From an uncultured Chloroflexia bacterium (GTDB lineage: Bacteria; Chloroflexota; UBA6077; JACCZL01), in the NCBI GenBank assembly GCA_963765765.1, contig CAVXYC010000001.1, positions 224,001 to 288,000 of the forward strand: a stretch of DNA of 64,000 bases, read 5' to 3'. A model generated the notes under the pieces. That model was not told where the DNA came from. It saw only the letters and a list, made by a program, of their open reading frames with translations, and ran no database searches. Below are positions 55,403 to 64,000 of this stretch, one piece after another. Position 1 is the stretch's first letter. Each line of letters begins with the position of its first letter. The translations under genes were made by a program, and so were the position numbers.

Positions 55403-55833
55403 ATGGCACCCGAACGCGTGAGGCATCCTCGCCCTCAGTTCCACCAGGGTGGTCTGGCTGTCGCCGGTGCGGGGCTCCTTTCCGCTGCGGTGTGGCCCTA
55501 GGCCCGGCTGTGCAAACAGCGCTGCCTTTCACGGCGCCAGGATCCACAATTAAGGTTCACCGCATAGCCTGTCTCTCAGGCGCCGGGCCGAATCCCGCTG
55601 GGGAGGCCCAGATGGGCGCGTTTCGAGAAGGCATGTTGAACCTGGGGTACGTGGAGGGCCCGCAATCTGCTCATCGAGATTCGGCACACAAGCAGTGGTG
55701 AGTCTGCTCCGGCGGCGGCAGAGCTCATCGCCTTAAAGCCGGATGTGATTCTCGTGTCTGGTGTCTTTGTAGCAAGCGCAGTAAAGGCGGCCACCAGTAC
55801 GATTCCCATCAAGCGACCGAGGTGATCCAGTGA
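55403..55833 (+). pseudogene. ABC_sub_bind SBP copy 5 with a large internal deletion
   Basis: Degenerate signal (RPQFHQGGLAVAGAGLLS), AFREGMLNLGYVEG, AATSTIPI, joined at ATC to CAAGCGACCGAGGTGATCCAGTGA (QATEVIQ*). Confidence 0.85.
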
Positions 55834-56816
55834 ATCGCCGTCGATTCTTGCTGACCGCAAGCGCCGCCAGCCTGGCCATGATGGCCGGGTGTGCGCCCGG
55901 CCTATCGCTCGGCCCAACGCCGCCGCGAGTGTATCGCGTTGCCCGTTTGGCCAGTACTCCCCAGAACCCCACCGGCCAGGCGCTCGCCCAGGCGTTCCGG
56001 GATGGAATGCGCGACCTGGGATATGTGGAAGGCGAGAATCTGATTCTCGAGGAGCGCTACGCCAACGATATACCCGGGCTGACGGAGCCGGCTCAGGAGA
56101 TGGTCAGCATGGGTGTGGACGTCCTGCTCGTCTCGGGGGGCTCGGATGCTCGCCCCGTTCGGGCGGTGACTTCAACAATTCCGATAGTGACAGCGGGTGC
56201 TGGTGATCTGCTGGCCACTGAGCTGATAGCCAGTGCCGCGCGGCCTGGAGGAAACGTCACTGGCCTCAGTACGCCGTCGCTGGCGGGCCGACAGATGCAG
56301 CTGCTCCAGGAGTCGATCCCCGGCCTTACCCGTCTTGCGCTCCTGTTTGACGCGAGCAATCCGACGTTTGCCCGTGAACCCTTCGAGGCGGCCGGTCGAG
56401 GCCTCGGTCTCCAGATCCAGTTCCTGGGTGCACGGGATCCGTCTGACTTCGAGCCGATCATGACGACCGCCGTGCAGGAGCGGGCGACGGGCTTGTTTGT
56501 CGCCGGCAGCGCCATGATCATGGCCAACCATAGGCCGATCGCCGAAGCGGCGCTGCGCCACGGACTGCCGACAACCTGGGTAGAAACCGACGCCGTGGGC
56601 AGAGGCGGGCTTATGGGCTATGGCTCGAACCGGCCAGCCCTGTTTCGCCGAGCGGCAGGATTTGTCGACCGGATCCTCCGCGGCGCCAACCCGGCGGAGA
56701 TGCCCATAGAGCAGCCGACGGAGTTTGACTTCCGTATTGACATGCGGACTGCCCAGGCGCTCGGCATTGTCATTCCCGCCGCCATCCTGGCGCAGGCAAC
56801 CGAAGTGATGCAGTGA
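55830..56816 (+). CDS. Tat lipoprotein ABC_sub_bind SBP, copy 6 (intact)
   Basis: MNRRRFL..MAGC; AFRDGMRDLGYVEGEN, RPGGNVTG, PIEQPTEFDF, QATEVMQ*. Confidence 0.95.
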   Translation: MNRRRFLLTASAASLAMMAGCAPGLSLGPTPPRVYRVARLASTPQNPTGQALAQAFRDGMRDLGYVEGENLILEERYANDIPGLTEPAQEMVSMGVDVLLVSGGSDARPVRAVTSTIPIVTAGAGDLLATELIASAARPGGNVTGLSTPSLAGRQMQLLQESIPGLTRLALLFDASNPTFAREPFEAAGRGLGLQIQFLGARDPSDFEPIMTTAVQERATGLFVAGSAMIMANHRPIAEAALRHGLPTTWVETDAVGRGGLMGYGSNRPALFRRAAGFVDRILRGANPAEMPIEQPTEFDFRIDMRTAQALGIVIPAAILAQATEVMQ

Positions 56817-57811
56817 ACCGTCGGAGACTTATAGCGGCAGGTGGCTTGGCGACGTTGGGCTTGCTCTCAGGTTGCGGCCTGGAGCGTCTTTCGACGTCGC
56901 GACCCATGCAACAGCGGCGGCTGGCCTATTACTCGAACAACCTGGCATCAGACTCTGATGTCTCTGGGTTCATGGACGTGTTTCGCGACGCCATGCTTGA
57001 CCGGGGATACGCGGAGCGTCAGAACCTGGTCATCGAAGAGCGATATGCTAGTGGAGATGGGCAGGCGGCTGAGTTCGCAGAGAGCATTGAGCGGTTCAAG
57101 CCTGAGGTCATTGTGGTGCCGGCGGCCACCGTGGCTCGCGCCGTCCATGCCATCACCACGATTATCCCGATAGTCAGCATCGGTCAGGGTGACCTCGTGA
57201 CCAGCGGACTGGCGGAAAGCCTCGCGCGGCCCGGCGGGAACGTTACGGGCCTGAGCTATTCCCGCTACTGGCCGCTAAGCCACTCGAGCTGCTCAAACAG
57301 ACTATCCCAGCCCTTCAGCGGGTGGCCGTACTCTTCGATGCGACGATCGTCACTCCAGCGCAGACCCTCTATGAATCGGCCGCGGCGAACCTCGGTGTGG
57401 AGCTTCGATTCCTGCCAGTCAGTGGCTTGGCTGACTTTGAGCCTGTCTTGCAGGCCGTCGCTCATGATCGGGCCGGAGCTGTCTACGTCCTGAGCGGTCC
57501 TGTATTCGGCACCGCCGGTGCACAATCGCGAATCTGTGACCTGGCGCTTCAGCTCCATCTACCTTCGATGTGGCAGCTTGCCGATGCCGTTACGCGTGGC
57601 GGTCTCATGGGCTACGGGCCGAACCGAGCTGACATGTTCCGACGCTCCACCAGTTATGTGGACAAGATACTTAGAGGCGCCAATCCGGCGGATCTGCCCA
57701 TCGAGCAGCCGAGCCTCTTCGACTTTGCTATCAACATGAAGACTGCTCACGGCGATTGGGATAAGCGTTCCTTCAGGCGTTCTGGCTCAGGCAACGGAGA
57801 TTCTGCAGTAG
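56813..57811 (+). CDS. Tat lipoprotein ABC_sub_bind SBP, copy 7 (frameshifts ~57265, ~57750)
   Basis: MNRRRLI..LLSGC; [37 protein letters not shown]. Confidence 0.9.
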
Positions 57812-57865
57812 GAAGCACCGACGGTGTCTATGGGGATGGGCAGCCGGGGCGCATCGATGAGAACG

Positions 57866-58002
57866 ACCCCACCCCAGCCCTCCCCGCTGCGGCAGGGAGG
57901 GAGCCGGATCCAGAGGAAATCTGGCTACGCAGGGAAGCCGCAGCACCAGAAATCCCTAAACACGCTCCCTCCCTGCCGCAGCGGGGAGGGCTGGGGTGGG
58001 GT
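57866..58002. repeat. Palindromic element with 39-bp perfect inverted arms (same family as the cobN insert)
   Basis: ACCCCACCCCAGCCCTCCCCGCTGCGGCAGGGAGGGAGC (57866-904) and its reverse complement (57964-58002), between convergent genes. Confidence 0.9.
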
Positions 58003-58031
58003 TCCCTCAAAGCGCCTTGGTATCGACCGGC

Positions 58032-59792
58032 CTAGGACCCCGCGGCCTTGATGTTCTGTACGTGGGTCCATGTGCCGCTGATAGAACCGGGGAAGACGTA
58101 GTCGCCCACGATCTTCGGGTCTACCACAATCTCCGCAGGCAGCCAGTACAGCGGCATGGCCAGGTGCTTCTCAAATGTCACCGTACCCACCTTGCGCCAG
58201 AGCTCGTCCTGAAGCTTGAGGTCGAGGGTGTTGCTTATCTGATTGACGGCAGCGTCGAGCTCTGGGTCCTCAGTACCGCTTCCGCGCGGACCGCCGCCCC
58301 AGTGGTAGCCGATCATGGCGGCCATCAGGCCTGCGCTCGTGCCGCGCACCTCGTAATGGTTCGTGAAGCCGTGTTGCCGGGCCCGATTGCGAATCTCACC
58401 TGAGTCCATCGTCACCATCTCCGGCGTGGCGCCCACCGCGCGGAAGTAACCACCAATGGCGTCCGCGACGTCCTCGGCGCCAGAGTAGAACGGCAGCGGC
58501 TGAACGAGGATGTTGGTGTTCAGCGGCCTGCTGGGACCGTAGCCTGCCTCGGCCAAGAGCGCTCGAGCCTTGGCGGGGTCATAGCCATATTCCTCAGGGA
58601 AACGCTGCTCCCAGCTGGGGTCCCAGCCCGCGCGTGACGGATGGAAATGATCAACGATCATTGGCTCACCCTTGCCAGCGAAGAAGGCTTTATTCATCTC
58701 ATCGCGATTGATGGCTTTGTCCAGCGCCTTACGGACGCGAACGTCCATAAGCGGGCTGTCGGGGTACTCCCAGCCCGCGGCCGGATCCTTGGGATCCTTC
58801 TGATAGCAGCACATCATGCTGAGAAATGTGCGAAGGCCTGGAACGTTCCCACGTAGCACTTTGAAGCCGCGGCCCTCCGCCTGCTGCAGGAGGTCCTCTG
58901 GCAAGGTGGCAAGCTGCACTTCGCCTGCTTGAAGGGCGGCAAAGCGAGTGGATGATTCAGCGCGGAAGCGGAATTCGAATTCTGGGAAATCCGGTGTGGC
59001 GCGCCAGTGCTGATACGGGACGCGCTCGTATCGGATAAATTGCGACTGCGTCCGCTCCTTGAATTGATACGGTCCCGTTCCCGCCGTAGGAGCTGTCTGC
59101 ATGGTGGGCTCGCCGGCCTTGTCAAAGTGCGCCTTGCTACGGATCTCGAATCCGCTCTCAGATTCCGAGAGGAGCTCCAGGAATGTGCCATCGGGACGAG
59201 TCAAATGAAAAATGACTTCATAGTCATTGACGGTCTCAATGTCCTTGAGAACGCCGCGCCAGTAGGGCGCGTTGCTGGCAAATGAGTCCTGTTTGATGAC
59301 GTCTTGCCAGGAGAAGACAACGTCTTGCGCGGTGAATTCGCCATTGCCGCCATGGAACTGCACGCCGCGGCGGAGCTTGAAGCGGAATGATTGACCGTCC
59401 GGCTCAAGGCTCCATTCCGTGGCAAGCTGCGGCACGAGCTTGCCCGTCTCCTGATCCAGGCCGACGATGTACTCATACATCGGGCGCATCGGCCAGGTAT
59501 CGGGCTGCTGGAGCATGCGGATTGAGTTGTTCTCCTGGCGTGCCGGGACGGTGGCCATCACCACTCGTTGGACCGCCCGGCTGCGCCGCGGGCTGCGATG
59601 CTGGCGCGGCAGGTGCGACCGCGCCGGGTGATGCGGCGGCCGCGGGAGAGGCGGCAGTCTTAGGCGCCGCCTCTGTCTTCGCAGGCGCCTGAGTTGGCGT
59701 GGGTGCGGATGGTGAACACCCGGCAACAATTGCCAGCGCCAACATGAGTGGCGGAAGTAAGCGAACAAATCGTCCGGGATTGCCAAAAGCCA
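58032..59792 (-). CDS. ABC transporter family-5 (peptide/nickel-type) substrate-binding lipoprotein (frameshift ~59570)
   Basis: Lipobox IVAGC plus APA linker; PQLATEW..FKLRRGVQFHGG.GEFTAQDV, GTGPYQF, DVRVRKALDKAINR, YDPAKARALLAEAG. Confidence 0.9.
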   Translation of the reverse strand, partial: WLLAIPDDLFAYFRHSCWRWQLLPGVHHPHPRQLRRLRRQRRRLRLPPLPRPPHHPARSHLPRQHRSPRRSRAVQRVVMATVPARQENNSIRMLQQPDTWPMRPMYEYIVGLDQETGKLVPQLATEWSLEPDGQSFRFKLRRGVQFHGGNGEFTAQDVVFSWQDVIKQDSFASNAPYWRGVLKDIETVNDYEVIFHLTRPDGTFLELLSESESGFEIRSKAHFDKAGEPTMQTAPTAGTGPYQFKERTQSQFIRYERVPYQHWRATPDFPEFEFRFRAESSTRFAALQAGEVQLATLPEDLLQQAEGRGFKVLRGNVPGLRTFLSMMCCYQKDPKDPAAGWEYPDSPLMDVRVRKALDKAINRDEMNKAFFAGKGEPMIVDHFHPSRAGWDPSWEQRFPEEYGYDPAKARALLAEAGYGPSRPLNTNILVQPLPFYSGAEDVADAIGGYFRAVGATPEMVTMDSGEIRNRARQHGFTNHYEVRGTSAGLMAAMIGYHWGGGPRGSGTEDPELDAAVNQISNTLDLKLQDELWRKVGTVTFEKHLAMPLYWLPAEIVVDPKIVGDYVFPGSISGTWTHVQNIKAAGS

Positions 59793-60059
59793 TAGGGGCG
59801 AGCTCCGAGGTGAAGACTGCGACCGGCGGGAAGGTCACGTGCAGTATGAGGCATGTTCTGCCCGTGATACTCGAATTATCGTCGCGGGAACCGCCCTCAT
59901 CCTCTCGGCTCGGCCCCCAGAGGGCCGCCTCGCGGACTCTTCTGCTCCGGTGGCAACGGTGCCCGCCGACGGCCCTTTGGGGCCGGCCGACAGGATGTCG
60001 GCGGTCCCGGTATCGGCGCTTGGGTTGACGGAAGCCGAACCATCGCCCATACTCGCGCC

Positions 60060-60503
60060 ATGCTGGATCGACGCACACGCATCGGTGCTTACGCGGTATG
60101 CCAGGACTCAGATGGGCGCATTCTGCTGTGCAAGTTCGCCCCGGGATTCAGCCTCTCCGGGCGCTGGACCTTGCCTGGTGGCGGCATTGAGTTCGGTGAG
60201 GACCCCGTCGACGGAGTGCTCCGTGAGCTGGAGGAAGAGACCGGCCTGGTCGGTCGAGTCCAGGAGCTAGTGTCCGTAAGCTCACGCATGGCCGTGGTGA
60301 ACGGTCGACGTGGTCCTTACGATCTGCACAGCGTACGGATCATCTATCGCGTTGAGATCGTCGGCGGAACGCTTCGCTACGAGATCAACGGTAGCACCGA
60401 GCTGTGTGAATGGCTGCATCCCAGTGAGGCCGAGTCGCTGCCGCTCCTGGACCTGGCCGAAATTGGTATCCAGCTCATCCGCAAGCCAGTCCCCATCGCT
60501 TAA
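60060..60503 (+). CDS. NUDIX hydrolase
   Basis: Nudix box WTLPGGGIEFGEDPVDGVLRELEEETGL. Confidence 0.93.
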   Translation: MLDRRTRIGAYAVCQDSDGRILLCKFAPGFSLSGRWTLPGGGIEFGEDPVDGVLRELEEETGLVGRVQELVSVSSRMAVVNGRRGPYDLHSVRIIYRVEIVGGTLRYEINGSTELCEWLHPSEAESLPLLDLAEIGIQLIRKPVPIA

Positions 60504-60608
60504 GCGCGCACGCCAGTCCTCGTCACCTAAGCCGCGATCCGCAGCATCCAAGAGCCTCAGGTCACTCTGTGTCCACCGCGCCTGACTACGAAGACTCTCG
60601 CCCGACTG

Positions 60609-61870
60609 CTACCGCGACAGCCGAAAGATGCTGGTCACGCTGGCGTAGTAAATCGAGCCATCGGGCGCGACGGTAAGGTCCAGCCTGCAGCCCTGCCCAT
60701 CCTGACCGCTGACCACCTGCTCCACCCGCTCGACTTTCTTGAGGTCCGGGCGACTCAGAACGGCTCGGAGGAGGTTACCCGTATTGACCGAACAGAAGAG
60801 CACGTCACCAGCGTACTCCGGGAACATGCTTCCCTTATATACACGCAGGCCGGTGATGCCCAGGCGGTCCACGCCGGATTCCCAGGCTGGATCCACAAAG
60901 CGCTCGTCGCCCCCTGTACATTCGACTACAGGATTGCCAAAATTAGCGCCCGGCTGGACGACGTTGAGCTCGTCACACATGTCGGGCCCATTGTCGGTGA
61001 GCCACACATCTCCGGTGTCCGGTTGGATGTCCAGGCCATAAGGGTTCCGCAGGCCGCTGGCGACGATGAACGACTTCGGGTCGGGTTTCTCCTGCATCGC
61101 CTGCTGCACGTCGAATCGCAAGACTTTGCCATTCAAGCGATTCGGATTCTGCGCATCGCGCCTATCAGCATCACCCTGGTCGCCAAGCGCGATAACCATG
61201 CTGCCGTCCGCCGCGAAGGACATCTTGCCGCCAGTGTGACAGCACTTGCCCGTGGGGAGATTGTCGATGACAGGTGTCTCTGAGTCCGCGACCCCATCAT
61301 GCTCGGTCCAGCGAGTAACCCGATGTCGACGCGGACGATCAGCCGTGTCACCGGATCCTCCCTGCGTGTAATAGGTATAGAAGTAGTGATTCGTGGCGAA
61401 CCCCGGGTCCAGCACAAGTCCGACCAAGCCATGCTCGGCGCCCCGAGAGATCCCTACCGAGGCAACGGGCTTCTCCTGCACCACGCCGTTGGCGCGTACT
61501 CGCACCGCGCCCTTCTTGACCTCGACAAAGAAGATGCGACCATCAGGCGCAATCGCCAGCGACTGCGGCAGGATGAGCCCGTCCGCGATGAGCTCAGAAC
61601 GGAGGCCCGCGACCGTGGTCGTGGGCTGGGGACGAGGTGTGGCGGTGGGTTGACTACCGGGCTTGGCGCCCTGGGTTTCTTCCTCATTGTCGATCTCTTC
61701 GACGAGCTCACTGGCGGTTTGTGTGGTGGGCTGAGCGGTTGGAATCGCCGGAGCCGTTGTGGGAGCAGCCGTCGGTGCGACAGTGCACGCCATGACCGTC
61801 AACAACAGGAGGCCCAGCCCGGCGCGCACCGCGCCTCCCAACCAGCGGTAATTCAATCGCTTATTCCTTT
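60609..61870 (-). CDS. PQQ-dependent sugar dehydrogenase (GSDH family), lipoprotein; start uncertain
   Basis: LAIAPDGRIF, EHGLVGLVLDPGF, HTGGKMSFAADG, NGKVLR, GLRNPYG, DNGPD.CDELN; lipobox VMAC plus PT linker. Confidence 0.88.
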
Positions 61871-62160
61871 GATCCAAAAACCCAGGATGACGGGAGCCTT
61901 CGCCCGAGCCCACCAATGATAAACGGCTCACCAGAGGGAGCGGTTCGGGAAGAGCTCCTGATGCTCTTGAGCAGGTCCCTGTTCGGGCCCGCCTGGGGTC
62001 ATTCTCATTGAGAATGCTTCCAGGCGAAGTTATCGTGCAGCGCGCTGGCCCGGACGCACTCGGTTCCGTCCAATCCGCTGCTATCATGCCGTTCTATCCG
62101 AAGCAAGGCAGTTCGGTGCCAATAGCCGCGTTCGGGACAGCGTGATCGGAGCGCCTCACG

Positions 62161-63383
62161 ATGGAGATTCAGGCCCCTAATAACTCCACCGCTCAATCAC
62201 CGAGTTCTGTATTCGAGGTCCTGAAGGCCGCCACACGTCTCGGACTGACTTCCTTTGGTGGGCCCGTTGCGCATATCGGCTACTTCCGAGAGGAGTACGT
62301 CGTGCGCCGCAAATGGGTGGATGAGTCTACCTACGCCGACCTCGTCGCACTGTGTCAATTCCTTCCAGGTCCGGCCAGTAGCCAGGTCGGGATTGCGCTC
62401 GGGATCATTCGCGCCGGCCTGCCGGGGGCTTCGCGGCCTGGCTCGGTTTCACCCTCCCGTCCGCCTTGCTGCTCATCGCGTTTGCTTACGGTGTCCAGTT
62501 TATTGGCGATAGCAATCTCGCCTGGTTACACGGACTCAAGATTGTGGCTGTCGCGGTGGTCGCGCAGGCCGTTTGGGGGATGGCACGCACGCTGGCTCCT
62601 GACAGAGAACGCGCAACGATAGCGATTCTGGCTGCCATCGCCGTGCTCATCTGGCCCACCGCCATGGTTCAAGTGCTCGTTATCGGGCTCGGGGCGATCA
62701 TTGGCTGGCGCTGGCTTGCACAGAACGCTGTCCCGGCGCCGCCTCCAATACTTCGTCCAATGAGCCGACGCCTTGCCATCGCGGCCTGGGTGATCTTCTT
62801 TGCTCTACTCGTGACACTGCCGCTCATGCGGGCAGCCACTTCTAATCAAGCAGTGGCGGTGTTCGACTCATTCTTTCGAGTCGGCTCGCTCGTGTTCGGG
62901 GGAGGACACGTTGTCCTGCCCTTGCTCCAGGCTGAGGTCGTGCCGCCAGGGTGGGTCACCAACGAGCAATTCGTGGCTGGATACGGTGCAGCTCAGGCTG
63001 TTCCCGGGCCCCTGTTCACGTTTTCCGCGTATCTCGGCGCAGTCATGACACCCGAGCCGAATGGTGTGACTGGAGCCACCCTGGCACTCGTTGCCGTGTT
63101 CGCTCCGTCGTTTCTTATGGTTATCGGCGCTCTCCCGTTCTGGGAGAGTCTTCGCCGACGTGAGGAGTTTGTAAGCGTTCTTCGAGGAATTAACGCCGCC
63201 GTGGTAGGTCTATTGCTGGCAGCCCTCTATAACCCGGTCTGGACCAGTGCCATTGGCTCCGCGGCTGATGTAGCCCTGGCACTGGGCGCCTTCTGCCTAC
63301 TTATGTTCTGGAAGACGCCGCCGTGGCTGGTCGTTGTGCTGACTGGGATCGTAGGCGCTGTTACGGCGACGAATCGTGCTTAG
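62161..63383 (+). CDS. chrA: Chromate efflux transporter (frameshift ~62430)
   Basis: LGLTSFGGPVAHIGYF, LCQFLPGPASSQ, GSLVFGGGHVVLPLLQ, AQAVPGPLFTF. Confidence 0.93.
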
Positions 63384-63486
63384 GCATGAGCTAAGCCATG
63401 CGTCGCTTATGCATCTCAGGCCGACTCCAGGTGCCAACTCGGCCTGAAGCGACTGCCCGTCGCCGTTCTGCATCCCGAATTCGTGC

Positions 63487-63711
63487 CTACACTACCGAAC
63501 GCCCTGCCATCCTTTCGCTTCCGATCTGGTCAATGGACTGATCCACATCCATGTCCATAAAAATGGGCTGCTCCTTGCCGTCTTTCTCAAGGAGGTAAGG
63601 AGTTGCGTTAAAGACGATGCGGGTGCCGCCAGACTCATTAGGAACGGCCCAGGCAACGTTCTCCAGGTTGACGAGAACTGGCTTTCCCGATCGCGTGAAC
63701 TCATTCATCAT
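63487..63711 (-). CDS. Small hypothetical protein, FlbD-like pattern
   Basis: AAAGGGG SD; MMNEFTRSGKPVLVNLENVAW..GTRIVF..MDVDQSIDQI. Confidence 0.55.
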   Translation of the reverse strand: MMNEFTRSGKPVLVNLENVAWAVPNESGGTRIVFNATPYLLEKDGKEQPIFMDMDVDQSIDQIGSERMAGRSVV

Positions 63712-64000
63712 TTGGTCGCCCCTTTCGCGCCCTGCGCATCCAGCAACGCTATCTGGACCGATCTCCAAACCCGTCCGGCGTTGCCGTGGTGTGGATGTGA
63801 CGGCATGTGCAAGGGTGATGCCACGGCCACCGAGGCCCTTCCGGGTCTCCAGCCGCGTCATGCAGGAACGACTGTCCGCATGTAGCCGTTGACGAGCAAG
63901 TCGGGAAATCGATAGGTTCAAGGCCACGCCGCACGACAACGCGGTAAAGTTCTTCGCGTCAATTCGCACACATAGATGAGAAGATCGAGCCGGCGCCCGA

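Noticed and set aside
50010-57811. Diversity-generating retroelement or integron behind the SBP array
   Set aside because: No RT, template repeat with adenine-specific variation, attC sites or integron integrase; paralogs differ throughout their length.
1-64000. CRISPR array, cas genes, rRNA, intact transposase, reverse transcriptase or phage genes
   Set aside because: I found no regularly spaced repeats or diagnostic motifs.
1-64000. Programmed frameshifting or mass pseudogenisation as the cause of split ORFs
   Set aside because: Shifts occur at irregular positions in unrelated genes, including ones expected to be functional (niaR, chrA, E1 alpha). Long-read indel error is the simpler explanation.

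Overview
GC-rich bacterial chromosomal segment, most likely Chloroflexota. This is inferred from the Chloroflexi-type secreted repeat protein, the Pro/Thr/Ala-rich lipoprotein solute-binding proteins and the DUF5719-like surface protein. Many genes are split by single-base frameshifts, consistent with an unpolished long-read assembly, so several CDS calls join adjacent ORFs. Left to right: cobalamin genes (cobN, ChlI/ChlD-like chelatase, cobH); a secreted repeat protein; acyl-CoA dehydrogenase and 2-oxoacid dehydrogenase E1 alpha/beta; a tRNA-Lys-like 3' half fused to a REP-like hairpin beside a tyrosine-integrase remnant, opening a probable ~14.7 kb island (two-component system, SLC13 permease, M17 aminopeptidase, AbgT, MFS, amidohydrolase); nadA-niaR-nadC; aldehyde dehydrogenase; a cell-envelope cluster (SGNH-like protein, MBOAT, DUF5719-like protein, two GT-C glycosyltransferases, GH31 lipoprotein); an incomplete ABC system; a solute-binding protein array; a family-5 SBP, NUDIX, PQQ sugar dehydrogenase and ChrA. 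The most striking feature is the array at ~49.9-57.8 kb. It holds six full-length, one internally deleted and one vestigial Tat-type lipoprotein solute-binding proteins (PF04392/COG2984-like), with no permease or ATPase of their family. Members are chained by a conserved C-terminal QATE(V/I/L)xx* segment that overlaps the next gene's start codon and often carries an SD-like motif.
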